A stretch of 64,000 nucleotides of DNA from Eledone cirrhosa (GCA_964016885.1 OZ024745.1:113398001-113462000); one strand, 5' to 3'; shown: positions 45,110 to 61,840, counted from the first letter of the stretch. Numbers and translations are program-made. Notes: generated by a model from the letters alone, not told the origin.

Positions 45110-45415
45110 ATAACATAAGTATATAAAACGGTGAAAATATAGCTCTATGGTTATGTACCATAACTTAGAGATTTATAGTATAAATACGACTACAGGTTTC
45201 GATATTAGTGAATAATTGTTTCTACGTTAGGCACAAGGCCAGCAATTACCCAGTGTAAAGTACCAGTAATACACTGGGTAATTGCTGGCCTTGTGCCTAA
45301 CGTAGAAACAATTATTCACTAATATTGAAACCTGTACTCGTATTTATACTATAAATCTCTAAGTTATGGTACATAACCATAGCGCTATATTTTCACCGTT
45401 TTATATACTTATGTT
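45110..45415. repeat. About 305-bp palindrome centred on two SINE 3' ends
   Basis: Arms 45110-45257 and 45268-45415; the centre is the SINE tail gtttctacgttaggcacaaggccagcaattacccagtg in both orientations. Confidence 0.9.
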
Positions 45416-46414
45416 ATACGTTGTATTTATTGTTTCAGTAATGTAGCATCGTCTAGCTGGAGATTTTATTTCTATCTTCACTTTAAATCTTAATAGTTTT
45501 ATCTTATTTTTGTTTATTGTGTTGCTCATTTTTCTTTTATTCATTTTCTTGCTACAATCCAATCTTTTCTACATTTTACGCTAATTAGCTTTTAGTATGC
45601 TGTCTCTACTTCTCTTCCCTATTTCTCTATCTCTCACTTTCTCTGTTTTCAATTTTACTATTTTTATTGATGCTGTTGTTATTGTTGTTATTTGTCAGTA
45701 TCTCATATCTTGTGCTACTCGTGCATGTGTAATATAATATAAGGTTTTCTTTGTTGCAAAATAAACATGTAGAGGTGAACGTAAAATAAACACATTGAGA
45801 AAGTACGGTGAATAGAAATTTTCAATATCTTCATATTTTATGATTTCTATGTTATCCTATTGTAGAATTTCTGGTTTAAATTTCTACCATTGGCAGTTTT
45901 GACGTTATTCTTTGTCTCTGCAGTTATCAATTTTCCGGTCGTCTTTTAAAATAAATTAAATAAATTATTGAGTTTGCTTAAATCTTTCTGCATTTATTCA
46001 TGTGTTTGAACAAAACGATCAAATACCATAGCGACAGACATTTGGAGAAAAAAATATTCAGAAGCCTGAAAATATTGCATTGATAACTATTTCTCTGAAT
46101 AAGTCTGTATGAGCATGTTCCAATATGTGTATGTATGTGCATATAGATTTATATATGTGTGTTTGTTAAAGTTTATTAGCATGTAAAGAGGCTATGTCTG
46201 TCCATAGTATATATGTATGTGTTTCTGTGTCTGCATATGTTCAGCATTTTCCTTATGGATTATGCGTATATTATTGGATTATACACATGCGTAAATATAG
46301 ATTACTTTACATTGAGCAGAGAGCGAATGTTATTTTTATCAAGAGAGATAGCTATATGTGTTTGTGTACATTGATTATAAGGGATTTGACCTACTATTTC
46401 TTCGTATATGTACA

Positions 46415-46566
<152 letters not shown>

Positions 46567-47334
46567 AGTTATCCTTGCCCCAGAATTAGCACCGCATAAT
46601 TTAACTTAACAATTTGTTCCTGATTTCTTGAAAATATCACTTCTTTTCTTAAAGAGTTTCCAACATTCCCTGCTAGAATGTTGTGCTATTCCTCAGCGTT
46701 ATATGACAATTTCAATAAATTGAGGAATTTTAACGGTTGAACAGCAAAATACAAATGCAAGACTGAATAGTCTTTTTCCGTTCTTTCCTCTTTTCACTCT
46801 CTATCTTTCTATTTCATCTTTCATGTTTCATTCTATCTACTGATGAAGAAGTAATGTCCGCGTTAAACCAAGGTAGAAAAGTTCTTCTTTCCTCATGATA
46901 CCATTTCATGGTTCGTCATCCGTAACAAAAGTTGATCTAAACAATCGATCATCGATCACCAACTATCGATTTGGGTAATGTTACGGGAAACGCGAACCAA
47001 TCATCTGAGGAGTTCGTCTTTGGATAAGTACCAATAGAGTATAGAGTACAAAATACTTTTATATATGTCGGGATCAGAGAGTTAGTACAAAATCATAGAC
47101 AGCATTGTATTAGAACGTTTTATCTGTGACGGCAGATATAAATAGGACTGGACGTCGTTTCCGCTAGACAGAAGTGCGAAGTACTATTCACAGTATAAGC
47201 AGCTCAACAAATTAAGAATTTGGAGTAGTTATATAAATTAGTTTATAAATTAGTATATATAAATTGGTACACTTGAGCCTCAAATAAACAGAATATATAT
47301 ATAACGAATGACCATGGTTTTGCACTTACAAATT

Positions 47335-47515
47335 TTCCCTCCGAGTCACAAGCCTGGGTTAGCGGTATTTTTGGAAGACCAGCAGTCACCCATGCATGCC
47401 AGTTTCCCGTCTCCAGGGCATCGATGTTGTCCAAGGGAAAAGCAATGGCCGATACAAATAGTCACCAGTTTTGTTGCAACTCATTTCTAGAGCTAACGCT
47501 CTAACCACTAAGCAA
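47335..47515 (-). mobile_element. SINE remnant, internally deleted
   Basis: The minus-strand head gcttagtggttagagcgtt is A-box-like, and the body resembles cephalopod SINEs as I recall them. Confidence 0.5.
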
Positions 47516-47954
47516 TACACACACACACAAACAAACAAACACACACATGCACACACACACGTAAATAAATAAATAAATATATATATATATATATATACAT
47601 ATATATATGTGTGTATGTATATATACATATATATGTATGTGTGTGTTTGTTACCTGGTGTTGTTTATATTACTTTTCGTAACCATCTAAACACTAGTGTC
47701 TCGAAAGATTTCAGCTAAAGATTGAGTCATTCTGCTTTCTCCCCAATCTACTTATGTAGACACTGTCAACATAGTGGATTAAGTCGGATATACAAATCTC
47801 TTGTATAGGCCACGATACATTAGGGAATGTAGATTACAAAGACTATATCATATGTTTGTGATTATATAACTGCATATCTAACAGTCCTTTGAATGTAATA
47901 CGTTTCGCTATTCAACACTCCCAAATTTTAACACTGTTGGTTGAGAAGATAATG

Positions 47955-48160
47955 ATTTCTAGTATAGGCGCAAGGCCAGTAATTTGCGGGAAGAGCAAAG
48001 TCGATGAAATCGACCCAAGTACGATACTGGTGCTTTATTTTATCGACCCCGTAAGGATGAAAGGCAAAGTTAACCTTGGCGGGATTTGAACTCAGACCGC
48101 AAAGAACCGAAACTCTATGCCGCACAGCATGGTGTCCGACTCTCTACCGATACTGCCAAA
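47955..48160 (-). mobile_element. tRNA-derived SINE (main family, longer tail variant)
   Basis: Homologous to 41357-41543. Confidence 0.88.
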
Positions 48161-49381
48161 TGCTCTATGTTTCCATCGTTAATATCTTTACAGACACATG
48201 CTATCAAAGATGATTTGGCAGTTATAACTCACATAGGTGTTTGTTTATATTTCCATTATTTTTGGCTCGCCATTTCATTCTTCGTTTGCATATGTGCATA
48301 TGCATGTATTCCTTTATTCTTTTACTTATTCCAGTCATTAGATTACGGCAATGCTGGTGCACCACCTTATCTATGCTGAGGTTTCTGTTCGATCAATTCC
48401 TCGTACTGATAAATTAACTTGTAAGAGGCTGATTATTGCACAGAAACATATACACTTCTTTATTTCTATAGAGAATCTGCATGACACGATGTTTGATACG
48501 GGTTTCCACGTAATTTCTGCTCAAAGGTTTGGAAGAAACCGATGTTGAAGACACTTGATCAATATATCATGAAGTCCGATCAAATTCAGAACCCATAATT
48601 GGGAAGTGAACTTTTTAATTGAAGTTCATGCCTATGTCCACCCCACCCCCCTTCCCCCGAAACACACACACACAAAATATATATATATATATATATATCC
48701 GTGGGTGTGTGTAGTTTAATTTATACCGAAATTTTTGTAGGTCAGAATACAGATCTTACGGAGACTTTGGCATAAGTTAAACTATGCTTATATGCGTCTC
48801 TGATCTAGATATTTTTAGCTATTTTATTCATTGAGACGTTCCATATATTAGTGACAAAATACATTTTCCTTTTCTACGTTGTATATATATATATATATAT
48901 ATACATATATATATGTATGTATATATATATATATATTTACGTTGACAGTAGATATGGCGGTTTCTATGCATGTTCATACTTTCCCAATATATATGTATGT
49001 ATATATAGAACATGTAAGTACATAGGCCATATATACAATTTTGCATGTCGAAACGCATAAAGAGTAAGTGTTAGATCTAAAATATCTAACAAACTAAATA
49101 AATAAATAGAAACGCATGAAATAATAAATGGATTGAACCATGAAAGAAGTGAAATAATAATGAAAAAATATGTTTGAAAATACGGTCGTTGAACACCGGT
49201 ACCAGATATTTCATTTTTCTTATTATTTTTATAAATTTAATCTAAAACTGTCTTCAGATCAAAGACTTTATGTGCAATGTGCCACATGTTGTGCATGAAC
49301 AGTTGAAGTATTCATATCTTGAGGAATGAAATATTTCCATTTATGTGAATACAACGAAAATCAAACAAAACAAATCGAATA

Positions 49382-49382
49382 C

Positions 49383-49444
<62 letters not shown>

Positions 49445-49457
49445 CAACACCAGCAGC

Positions 49458-49510
<53 letters not shown>
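49382..49510. repeat. (AGT)n trinucleotide microsatellite
   Basis: Directly visible. Confidence 0.97.
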
Positions 49511-49815
49511 GAAAAGGTGTTTTCTCAGACTACTTCTACAGATGGTGATGATAATGAGGAGGAGTACGATGAAGACATGGAAGGACAAGAGGGAGAGGAG
49601 GTTGGGGAAGAAGAAAAGAAGGAGGAAAAAGAACGTTGGTACGACAATGAGGATGATTATCATGGGAGTAAATTGATGTGTGTCTATAATTGTTTTTGTA
49701 TCTATGTTACTACGTATCAGGTGTGTAGATATTCGTCGCACATAGAAGAAAATACAAATGCGTTGGAAGTACACGAAGTTGAAAAGGGTGAAATATCTGC
49801 TGTATACATACCTGT

Positions 49816-49933
<118 letters not shown>

Positions 49934-50080
49934 GCGGTGGCTTTACGGGAGATGGCAGGGATGGTTAGCCCTGATGTTTGCTTAATTAACTAACCACAGC
50001 CTAGGTGCTGTTTTATGTATAGTATTATTATTTAGATGCGTTATATATAAAAGGTGTTATATATAACTGCGTTATATATA

Positions 50081-50262
50081 GGGCGGCGAATTGGCAGTAT
50101 CGGTAGGTGGACGGACGCCATGCTTTGACGCGTAGAGTTACGGCCCTTGCCATTCTGAGTTCAAATACCGCCGCGGTTAACTTTGCCTTTCATCCTTATG
50201 GGGTCGATAAAATAAAGTACCAGTAATACACTGGTTAATTGCTGGCCTTGTGCCAAAAGTAA
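50081..50262 (+). mobile_element. tRNA-derived SINE
   Basis: Homologous to 41357-41543. Confidence 0.9.
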
Positions 50263-50844
50263 AAAGAGTTATAAAAGGTGTGATGATTTTAAGTGCACTG
50301 TAATGTTTTATTTTGTAGTTTATTTCGACTTGGTATGGTGAGATTGTGGCAAGTTTCATAGTAGCACATAACAATACATTTTTAATAAGAACCAGAATAT
50401 CTTGCTCGTAAATACTGAAAAAAAAAAAAAAAATTACAAGTGCAAAGAAAAACAAGAATTTATTTCATCCCTACATCTCATTCAATATTTCCCTCTAAAA
50501 TCTCAGTTGAATCATGTATGCCATGTCTTCTACTTAACTATACAACAGAAGCGATAAAGTATGTGAAATCTCATTATGCATTTCGCACGAGATAAGTGTC
50601 AGACCAATAAACGTTTCAGCAACTAATGAACTTTCTATTGGAGAATTTCAACCTGAAAATGGCGTCCTGGGTGAATAACACACAAATATTGCATCACAAT
50701 TCAACCAAGTATAATTATGTGTAAATGCATTGAAATCTCAATAGATATAAATATATTCATAAATATAACCATGGGATACCTATGTTCCCTCCTCCCACAC
50801 ATTGCTGACATTGTACGTAATTCAGGAATCACTGTAATGATAAT

Positions 50845-51027
50845 AATTGTTTCTACTTTAGGCACAATGCCAGCAAATATCCAGTGCATTACTGGTACTT
50901 TTATTTTATCGACCCCGTAAGGATGAAAGGCAAAGTCAACCTCGGCGGGATTTGAACTCAGATCGTAAAGGGATGTAACTATGCTGGAAAGCATGGCGTC
51001 CGACCCTCTACCGATACTGCCAATCCA
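50845..51027 (-). mobile_element. tRNA-derived SINE
   Basis: Homologous to 41357-41543, with atgataataat on both flanks. Confidence 0.9.
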
Positions 51028-51524
51028 TGATAATAATAATTATTATCATTGCTATATATTTTACCAAGGAAGAATGCATTTCCAGACCTTCACTATGAAG
51101 GTAATTCCTTCTAGGATCAATTGAAAGAGATGTTTTTTTTCTTTTTCATGAACAAAAGCGTTTGGAATATGTAAACGTCCATTTCATTAGCTGGAATAGA
51201 AAAAAATACACGGTTCTTCCTTATACATGTATATATACAACTATATATTTTTCTTCCGTTACTAATGATTCAAAACAGCCATGTTTGTAGTAGCGTACAG
51301 AGATGATGTTTACAAAGTTGTAGAAGTGAATACATGCAAAGATTTGCAAACAGTGGAAAATTATTAAACATGAGTACAATTTAAGGAAAAACAAACGAGA
51401 AAACAGTAAAAACATGAAAAATAACACCTACCACAAAAAGGTTTCTTAACATTGTTGGTAATACAACTTCTCAAACTAAAGCAGGCATAGGAAACCGCGA
51501 AAATATGGACGGGTATTTATCTAC

Positions 51525-51579
<55 letters not shown>

Positions 51580-51835
51580 CTTTTTTCCCTTTTCCCTTCT
51601 ATTTTCCTTCCCTACATCCTACGTTTTCCCAATAACTCACCTAGTTATTGGACGGTCTGGGGGTAGATATATTGTCTTTAAAGCGTTGAAATATCCGAGA
51701 TCCCAGTAGACAACTGATGGGGAAAACACCACCCCCGTTCTTGCTTTCTTCGTATTCTTATACTTATTTTTAAGCCTACCTTAACTAGCAACTACACAGT
51801 TATCCTATTCTCCATATATTATATATATATATAAG

Positions 51836-52022
51836 GGCGGTGGATTGGCAGTATCGGTAGAGGGTCGGACGCCGTACTTTCCAGCATAGTTACGTCCCTT
51901 TACGGTCTGAGTTCAAATCCTGCCGAGGTTAACTTTGCCTTTCATCCTTACGGGGTCGATAAAATAAAGTACCAGTAATGCACTGGGTAATTGCTGGCCT
52001 TGTGCCAAAAGTAGAAACAATT
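51836..52022 (+). mobile_element. tRNA-derived SINE
   Basis: Homologous to 41357-41543; inserted in (TA)n. Confidence 0.9.
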
Positions 52023-52130
52023 ATATATATATATATATAGTAATAATAATAAATTTGAAGACTAAAATCCAAAGAGGGCTCGGTAAGGATAAATATATAT
52101 CAGATATATAAGAACCGTAGAGCAAATTTA

Positions 52131-52171
<41 letters not shown>

Positions 52172-52250
52172 GTTGAAAATGAACGAACAAAATACAGGAG
52201 GCAATTGTACACAGTTATATTAGGTCCACGCTTAGTGGAAGTGGAGGAGG

Positions 52251-52286
52251 TTTCAACGTTTCAGACAAAATTCCTTCATCAGGAAA
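52251..52286 (-). ncRNA. Minimal type I hammerhead ribozyme
   Basis: Minus strand reads tttc-CTGATGA-aggaattttgtct-GAAA-cGTT-gaaa. Stem I differs in sequence from the 37436 motif but still pairs. Confidence 0.72.
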
Positions 52287-52776
52287 GTTCGGATAGGGGA
52301 AGAACAGGAACTCCGAGAAGGAGTAAGGAGGGTTTTAAGGAGAGAAGTTACAAAGTAAAAAATTAAAATATAACGATAAAAAAAATGGGTTATTGGGATA
52401 TATATATATATATATATATAGGAGGTGAGTTTTATTGTAGTACAATAAAGCAATGCAGACATCGGATAAGTAGCACACAACAGTTTGTGGGACTGGAGTA
52501 TAAATAATATAAGATCAAAAGATGGTTAAAACAGTTCCATGTATTTTATTAGCCGCATTTCAAAAACAAATATCATCATGAGATGACATTTGCGTTTTCG
52601 TCAGTTAAAATAGGGAGACATGATATGAAGGTTAAAAAAGACTTGTGAATAGTGCAGTTTTAAATTAACATATCTTATATTATATATATATATAGAGAGA
52701 GAGAGAGATAGAGAGATAGATAGATAGATACCCCTACCGCTTTTATATATATGTATATATATAGATACTCCTACCC

Positions 52777-52813
<37 letters not shown>

Positions 52814-52832
52814 GTTCGTGTGTTTCCTTTCA

Positions 52833-52887
<55 letters not shown>

Positions 52888-52892
52888 CTCTT

Positions 52893-52941
<49 letters not shown>

Positions 52942-53304
52942 TTGTTTTTTCCTATCTTTGCGTTGCTATCCTTCCTTGTTGTTTACTTGTCTCGCTCGCT
53001 TTACGCGATTTACTTGTCCCAATACCTTTATTTAGCTATTGCTCGCACCAACCGGAGGTATATGATTTTTAAAGCGATGAAATACCAATGAAGGTTGGAA
53101 AATCACTGACGAAGGACTATTTTTATCATATGTAACCCATGTGCAACCACGCAGTATTCTTTCTTCTCATGTTTTATATATATATATATATATAGGAACG
53201 AGTAGGACACCGACGGCTGAACTCAAGCCGTTTCGACGGCTAATTCTGGTATTGAGTACTTTGGTGCGTTATGGTCCACCTGGTTCCTTACCACATTTCC
53301 TTCG

Positions 53305-53425
<121 letters not shown>

Positions 53426-53464
53426 GAGATTATTGAAAAGAAACACACGAACCTTTTTCATTGT

Positions 53465-54045
53465 GGATTAGCATTATCGGCAGAGCATCAGATAAAATGC
53501 TTTGTGCCATATGGTCACGAAACATTACGTTCTGGTTTCAAATCCTGCCGAGGTTAGTTTTACCTTTCATCCTTGTGAGGTCGATAAAATAAAGCACCAA
53601 CAATGCACTGGAGTCAATTTAATCGACGTTCCCCTCGCCTCAAATCTATTGCTCTTGTGTCTCAAGCAGAAACCATTATTTCGAAAATATAGATTCGAGT
53701 TCGTTCCATGATTAAGACTGATAAAGATGCAATATTTGCACTCATATCATGTTAAGAAGAATATTTTTAAAATGCTATACCCATTATATTAATAATAATT
53801 GTTTCTACGTTAGGCACAATGCCAGCAATTACACAGTGCATTACTGGTACTTTATTTTATCGACCCCCTAAGGATGAAAGGCAAAGTTAACCTATTGTTT
53901 CTACTTTAGGCACAAGGACAGCAATTTGAGTGGAAAGCGAAAGTCGACCCCAGTGCGTTACTGGTACTTTATTTTATCAGTAACGTATTGGGGTCGATTT
54001 AGTCGACTTCCCCCTTCCATTCAAATTGCTGGCCTTGTGCCTTAA
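53465..54045. mobile_element. Cluster of SINE copies and fragments (53465-53680 plus; 53797-53980 minus; 53985-54045 plus)
   Basis: Homologous to the main SINE family. Confidence 0.8.
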
Positions 54046-54679
54046 TAAAAATAATCGTCAACGATGTTCACAATGATTATTAACACTATCTGTAACTTCG
54101 TGATCAACACATATCCTCATGATTATTTAAAGTTAATCCGTTGATAAGATAATACGACTTACCAACTCATTGACAATCAGCTTAGAGTAAATAGCAAGTT
54201 TCAATATGCTTTTTTTTTTTTCGTTCATTGGCTCGATGCGCCATCGTAACGAACGTTTTTTTTTTCTCATTTTTATATTAGTTATTTACACATCTCTGCT
54301 TCAATATATGTGTATACCTTCTGACAAACACAACAAACTGCCGCATTCATTAGTATATATATACTAAATATAGTAATACAAAGCAGAATTAATATCTGAA
54401 AAGACATCTATCTTCAAATCAAATACGCTCAGTATTATTATTTTATACATCTAATATAGAATTTTCTATTGGAAATAATGGTTGCTCTTACAAAACGTGA
54501 GGTATGTATTATTATTAATGATGTTATTATTATATTATTTGCTATCAGGAATCTTTCTTACTTTCTGACCATTCTGAGTATCTTTATATTCTATTGTGTT
54601 ACATTACCTTGATCGTTTAATTTAATAAAAATTAATTAAAAGATGTATCTATTTATTGTAGCAACAACACTAATAGAAT

Positions 54680-54765
<86 letters not shown>

Positions 54766-54894
54766 ATATATATATATATGGACTTTTCCGACGGAATTAC
54801 TTCATTTACATATATATATATATATATATATATAGGAAAACAGTCAGGACCCCGAGGCTGAACTCCGGCTGTTTCGACAGCTATTTCTGAACTC

Positions 54895-55076
<182 letters not shown>

Positions 55077-55361
55077 GTATCTGCGCATGTGTGTGTACGT
55101 GTTAGTGATTGCCTTTTAAATATTATTCTGTCCGTGAAGAGATTATATTAAAATGTCTTTACATTTGTTTAAACATGACGTACAAATTGCAGGCATCCCT
55201 ATAAGGAATAACATACACACACACACACACAAAGATTCACACACACACACATACATATATATATATATTATATTTCATATGTGTGAGTGTGTATATATAT
55301 GTGTGTGAGTGTGTGTGAAAGTGTGTATGTGTGTGTGTATGTGTATGTGTGTGTGTTCCTT

Positions 55362-55738
55362 GTGGATTGGCAGTATCGGTAGAGGGTCGGACGCCATGCT
55401 TTCCAGCATAGTTGCGTCCCTTTGCGGTCTGAGTTCAAATCCCACCGAGGTTAACTTTGCCTTTCATCCTTACGGGGTCGATAAAATAAAGTACCAGTAA
55501 TGCACTGGGTAATTGCTGGCCTTGTGCCTAAAGTAGAAACAATTATTTCGATTGGATTGGCAGTATCGGTAGAGGGTCTGACGCTATGCTTTGCAGCAAA
55601 GAGTTACGCCCCTTTATAGTTTGAGTTCAAATCCCGCCGAGGTTAACTTTGCCTTTCATCCTTACGGGGTCGATAAAATAAAGTACCAGTAATGTATTGG
55701 GTAATTGCTGGCCTTGTGCCAAAAGTAGAAACAATTAT
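55362..55738 (+). mobile_element. Two tandem full-length SINEs (55362-55545 and 55553-55738)
   Basis: Each has A and B boxes and a tail, and both are followed by attatttcgatt. Confidence 0.92.
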
Positions 55739-56101
55739 TTCGATTTTTTTTCCTTTCATATCGGAATCTGTAGAAAGGATGACCTTTTCTTCTAACTACA
55801 TTACATACATAATATGTATACATCTATATCTATGTATGTAGCTTCTTGCACATAGCTGTGAATGTTCTGAGCGTGGTAGGGTGTCTCTTATTTGTGTCTA
55901 AATGAAATAAGGACGGCTTAACTGAAATCCGTTGTAAACTATATTATTATCATTCTCTCCCTATCTACACACACATACATGCACTCACTCACACACACAC
56001 ACACACACACACACACGGAGCCTCAGCCGGGTAGCTGGAAGAGGTAAAAAAGTAAAAGAATATATACATATATATATGTATATATACACATACATACATA
56101 C

Positions 56102-56950
<849 letters not shown>

Positions 56951-57566
56951 CTTTAAGGTGTGTAATATTTAGTTTGTATTGCTTTATCAGTTCGAGCATT
57001 CAAATCAGCCGATGTATACATTTGAGAATATTCTCAGCATTTCCAGATGGTAGCAGAGAAGAGAATGCACAATCTTGATGAGGAGCAAACACATCTAAAC
57101 AATTGTCCGATTGTTTTTTCTCAGCTACCACTGGAACAAAAGGATGAAGTTGTTCATCTAGAAATCACACATGTTGTTTATGAGGCTGTTTGCTTTCAAA
57201 CAAACAGAATATTATTAATATTATGATGAAATAATAATACTATTATTCACTTACGAATGCATTTAAAATCAATATTTACCGTTATGAATTTGTAAAAACA
57301 CATGAGACATCGAAATTAACTGGATATACTTAGCGTAAAAGCAGATTGCCATTTACAATTATTCTAACTTGTCTGGATGTCCGAAGCTCTGTTATGGCAA
57401 TAGAGCAGTGGAGGCTGCAATGTATATATGCATCATTCAAGTACCATCAGTGTCAGCTATTTTGCTATAATTTCCATTTTCAACATCTAAAGATATTTTT
57501 ACTATTCGTATAATCGAACAATCTCATCAGTTAACATATCCTACACACACATTCGTATATATAAAG

Positions 57567-57758
57567 AGGAAAATGTTAGACCCCGACGGCAGAGCTCAAG
57601 CCGTTTCGAAGACTATTTCTGGAGTCCAGAAATAGCCGTCGAAACGGCTTGAGCTCTGCCGTCGGTGTCTAACATTTTCCTATTATCCTCACTACTACCC
57701 AAAGTATTGAGTACTCTGGTGCGTTATGATCAATCTGGTTCCTTACCACACCTTCGTT
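57567..57758. mobile_element. Family B palindromic element
   Basis: Arms about 57567-57622 and 57626-57682, followed by the long tail. Confidence 0.8.
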
Positions 57759-57816
57759 ATATATAAAAATGAAAGGTATAGAAAGTATTGTAGCAAGAAG
57801 CCAACAGTATTCCATA

Positions 57817-58305
<489 letters not shown>

Positions 58306-58341
58306 CATTTATATATATGTGTGTGTGGTTCCCTTGTATTG

Positions 58342-58397
<56 letters not shown>

Positions 58398-58442
58398 CAT
58401 TTATATATATGTGTGTGTGGTCCCCCTGTATTGAACATATGC

Positions 58443-58505
<63 letters not shown>

Positions 58506-59352
58506 TTTAATCTATGTATATGTATATGTCTTAAGTATACCTACTGACTTGAAAGTGAATACATTTTCTATTATAAATCAATAATATACTACACGAGCAA
58601 ATATACGATAAAATCTTATATGAATAGGTAGGTATAAGATTTATTATCACAATATTTATCTTTACAAAAAGAAATAAATGATGAGGTCATCAGAATGAAT
58701 ATATATCCAGTAGCACAAGCTAGAAAAAATATCATATGTGCCGAAAGCTTTATAATGGAAATTTCCTATTTCTATGATCAATGATATGCTGCTCGAGGAT
58801 TAATATTATATTACTAGAAATATGCAATGTCCTGCTTTACATTTAGAAGCAAAACTGAAGGAATAAATCAGCCTGATGCCTGATAAAATGCATAGTTAGA
58901 TATGTTGTCAAAGATCGTAGGAAAGTAGGGAAAAGATGAAGATGAATACAAGATTGAAGACGTGGAAATAGAACGAGAGAAGGAGGGAGAGTGAGAGTTG
59001 AAAGGTGAAGTAAATAAATGGGGAAATATCGAATGTTGCAATTGTAAATACAGTTTTAATGAGTTATATTGGGGGGAGAGTGCAGAAGGAAAATTATAGT
59101 TATATACATCAATAATGGTTTCTACTTCAATAATGAGTGATATTGTGGATGGAGAAAACCATAGAATGGAATAAGGCAACATAGAAGGAATGTGCATTAT
59201 AAGAAAAATTAGGGAAAGTGAAATAGCTATATATAAACAGAAATGAAGGAATGAAATAGGAGGAAAAACAGGAAAGTACATTGAGACACAAACCAACAAA
59301 TAGACACAGACACACACACACACATATATATATATGTGTATGTATATATATA

Positions 59353-59379
<27 letters not shown>

Positions 59380-59383
<4 letters not shown>

Positions 59384-59740
59384 TGTTATGCTTTGGGAGG
59401 GTCATTTTGCCAATAAGAAACACACGCACCAGTTGCTTTCCAATTTATTATAAATTAAATTTATAAATTTAAGAATTTATAAATTTTCGGTTGGTTGGTT
59501 CCATAACCGGACGGTTGTTCATATATTGTCAAAGTTCTTTCGTCACACATTCTGTAACCTCTTCAGTGACTGGGGATTCTTTTATAAATTTATAAATTTA
59601 ATTTATAATAAATTGGAGTGAAAGCAACTGGTGCGTGTGTTTCTTATTGGCAACATGACCCTCCCAAAGCATAAGAATATCGGCTTCAACACACGCTTTC
59701 AGAGAAAGAATCTTGCTAAACAAATTCAGAAACGAAATAT
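59380..59740. mobile_element. Family D pLTR fold-back with HHR at 59528-59571 (minus)
   Basis: The minus strand reads agtca-CTGAAGA-ggttacagaatgtgtgac-GAAA-gaaCTT-tgac. Segment 59385-59475 is inverted relative to 59585-59670. Confidence 0.75.
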
Positions 59741-59751
59741 ATATATATATA

Positions 59752-59864
<113 letters not shown>

Positions 59865-59984
59865 ATATATATATATAAAGGAACCAAATAAATATATATA
59901 TATATTTTTTTTAAATAAGACTCCAGTTGCATTTTCGATTTCATCTTTTTTTCTATATATATATATATATATATACAAATGGAT

Positions 59985-60945
59985 ATATGATAGGGATAAA
60001 CACTGATACAAGTATACATGTGTTCGCATTGCAAATGACCAAGTTAGCTAGATTGAAAAATACTAATTAAAATAATACGGTTTACCTGTCTCGATTTAAA
60101 ATAATAAATCAATAAAAACAAAACTATATTGGCAATACCCGTGATACCCGGACAAATCTTAAATTTTAAATTTTAAATTTGTTTTGCAACAATTAAGTGA
60201 AAGTTCCTATTCCTGTGCTATTCTGCAGGTATCCAGAAATTGGTAAGTTTCACTTCAAAATACTTAAGAAGACTGAGAGAAATGTGTTGTTGAAAGCACA
60301 TGTGTCACAGCGCCTGTCACGTCCCATACTCGTGCCGCTAAAAATAGCAGCCGGTTTTATGGGACTAGCTCAACGCATGGAGCCGAGAATATTATATATA
60401 GAGTTATAAACTTAAATAGTCTTTTACAATTAAATAGCTCAAAGAAAGGAATATTTCTGAGCCGTGTAATACAAATGAATATATGATAGGGATAAACACT
60501 GATACAAGTATACATGTGTTCGCATTTCAAATGACCAAGTTAGCTAGATTGAAAAATACTCATTGTGCTTTCAACAACACATTTCTCTCAGTCTTCTTAA
60601 GTATGTTGAAGTGAAACTTACCAACTTCTGGATACCTGCAGAATAGCACAGGAATAGGAACTTTCACTTAATTGTTGCGAAACAAATAAAAAATTTGTCC
60701 AGGTATCACTGGTATTGCCAATATAGGTTTGTTTTTATTGATTTATTATTTTAAATCGAGACAGGCAAACCGTATTATTTTAATTAGTATTTTTCAATCT
60801 AGCTAACTTGGTCATTTGCAATGCGAACACATGTATACTTGTATCAGTGTTTATCCCTATCATATATTCATTTGTATTACACGGCTCAGAAATACTCCTT
60901 TCTTTGAGCTATTTAATTGTAAAAGAGTATTTGAGTTTATAACTC

Positions 60946-60955
<10 letters not shown>
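59985..60955. repeat. Family E complex inverted duplication
   Basis: 59985-60300 is the reverse complement of 60565-60865, and 60395-60560 is the reverse complement of 60787-60955. Confidence 0.85.
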
Positions 60956-60986
<31 letters not shown>

Positions 60987-61839
60987 TTATATATTTTTCA
61001 TCTTGATGGTATAGTCACTTATATACCTGAATTATTGTTGGCATTTTGCTTACATTAATTTTATTTTTATTTATATATATATATGGGGAGGGGGGGGGGT
61101 CTCAATATAATCAAATGTAGATATATGCGACACCCTTTTCATTTTTTTCTTAAACAAAGAAATTTGTGAGAAATTTGTACGTTGGTGGATCGGGCATGTT
61201 ATTGCCGTAATTAATCTATGGTGGATAGAATGCGATGTTTCTGTTGTTATCATCTTGTGTTTGGCTATTTGAGGTGCGATATTAGCTCACCTGTAGATCT
61301 TATTATCTGTTTACGTAGTTTTCTCATTGCCAAACTTGTAGTAATATTTGTGCTAATGGGATATGCTTAGCTATAGGAAGGGCAGAAAGTTACCATATCT
61401 GGTAAATATTGCAATCGGCTGCATTATTATTTTTTTTTTTTAATATCTGCCAGCGTCTGTTGTCATTTTATTCTATTCCTTTTATCTATAGTTACCACTT
61501 GTTAATGTATCATTATAGAAGCTCGGTGGTTCTCCTTTCAATAGTTTCTTATCGCAAGGTTACATATCGATTTATCTTCTTTTAAATGGTTTCTATGGTT
61601 GTGTAAAGCTAAATGTTTTTTCTATATATGAGGTATATTTACCATAGTCAGATTCCAGCAATTCTATGACCATTCAACGATTCTAATGTTAGTTCTAATT
61701 GCTACTTCTAAATAAGATTCTTTAAGATGCATATGAGATCTTTCATAAACTTTTCCGAACATATGCTCTTCTATCTTTCTTTATCCCTCTGTCTCACACA
61801 CACTTTCATTCTCTTTATTTATTCATCTTTATATTTCTA

Positions 61840-61840
61840 C

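Noticed and set aside
46836-46870. Isolated CTGATGA motifs (also near 2660 minus, 24818, 36411 and 37204)
   Set aside because: They lack a properly placed GAAA or pairing stems, so they are not called as ribozymes.
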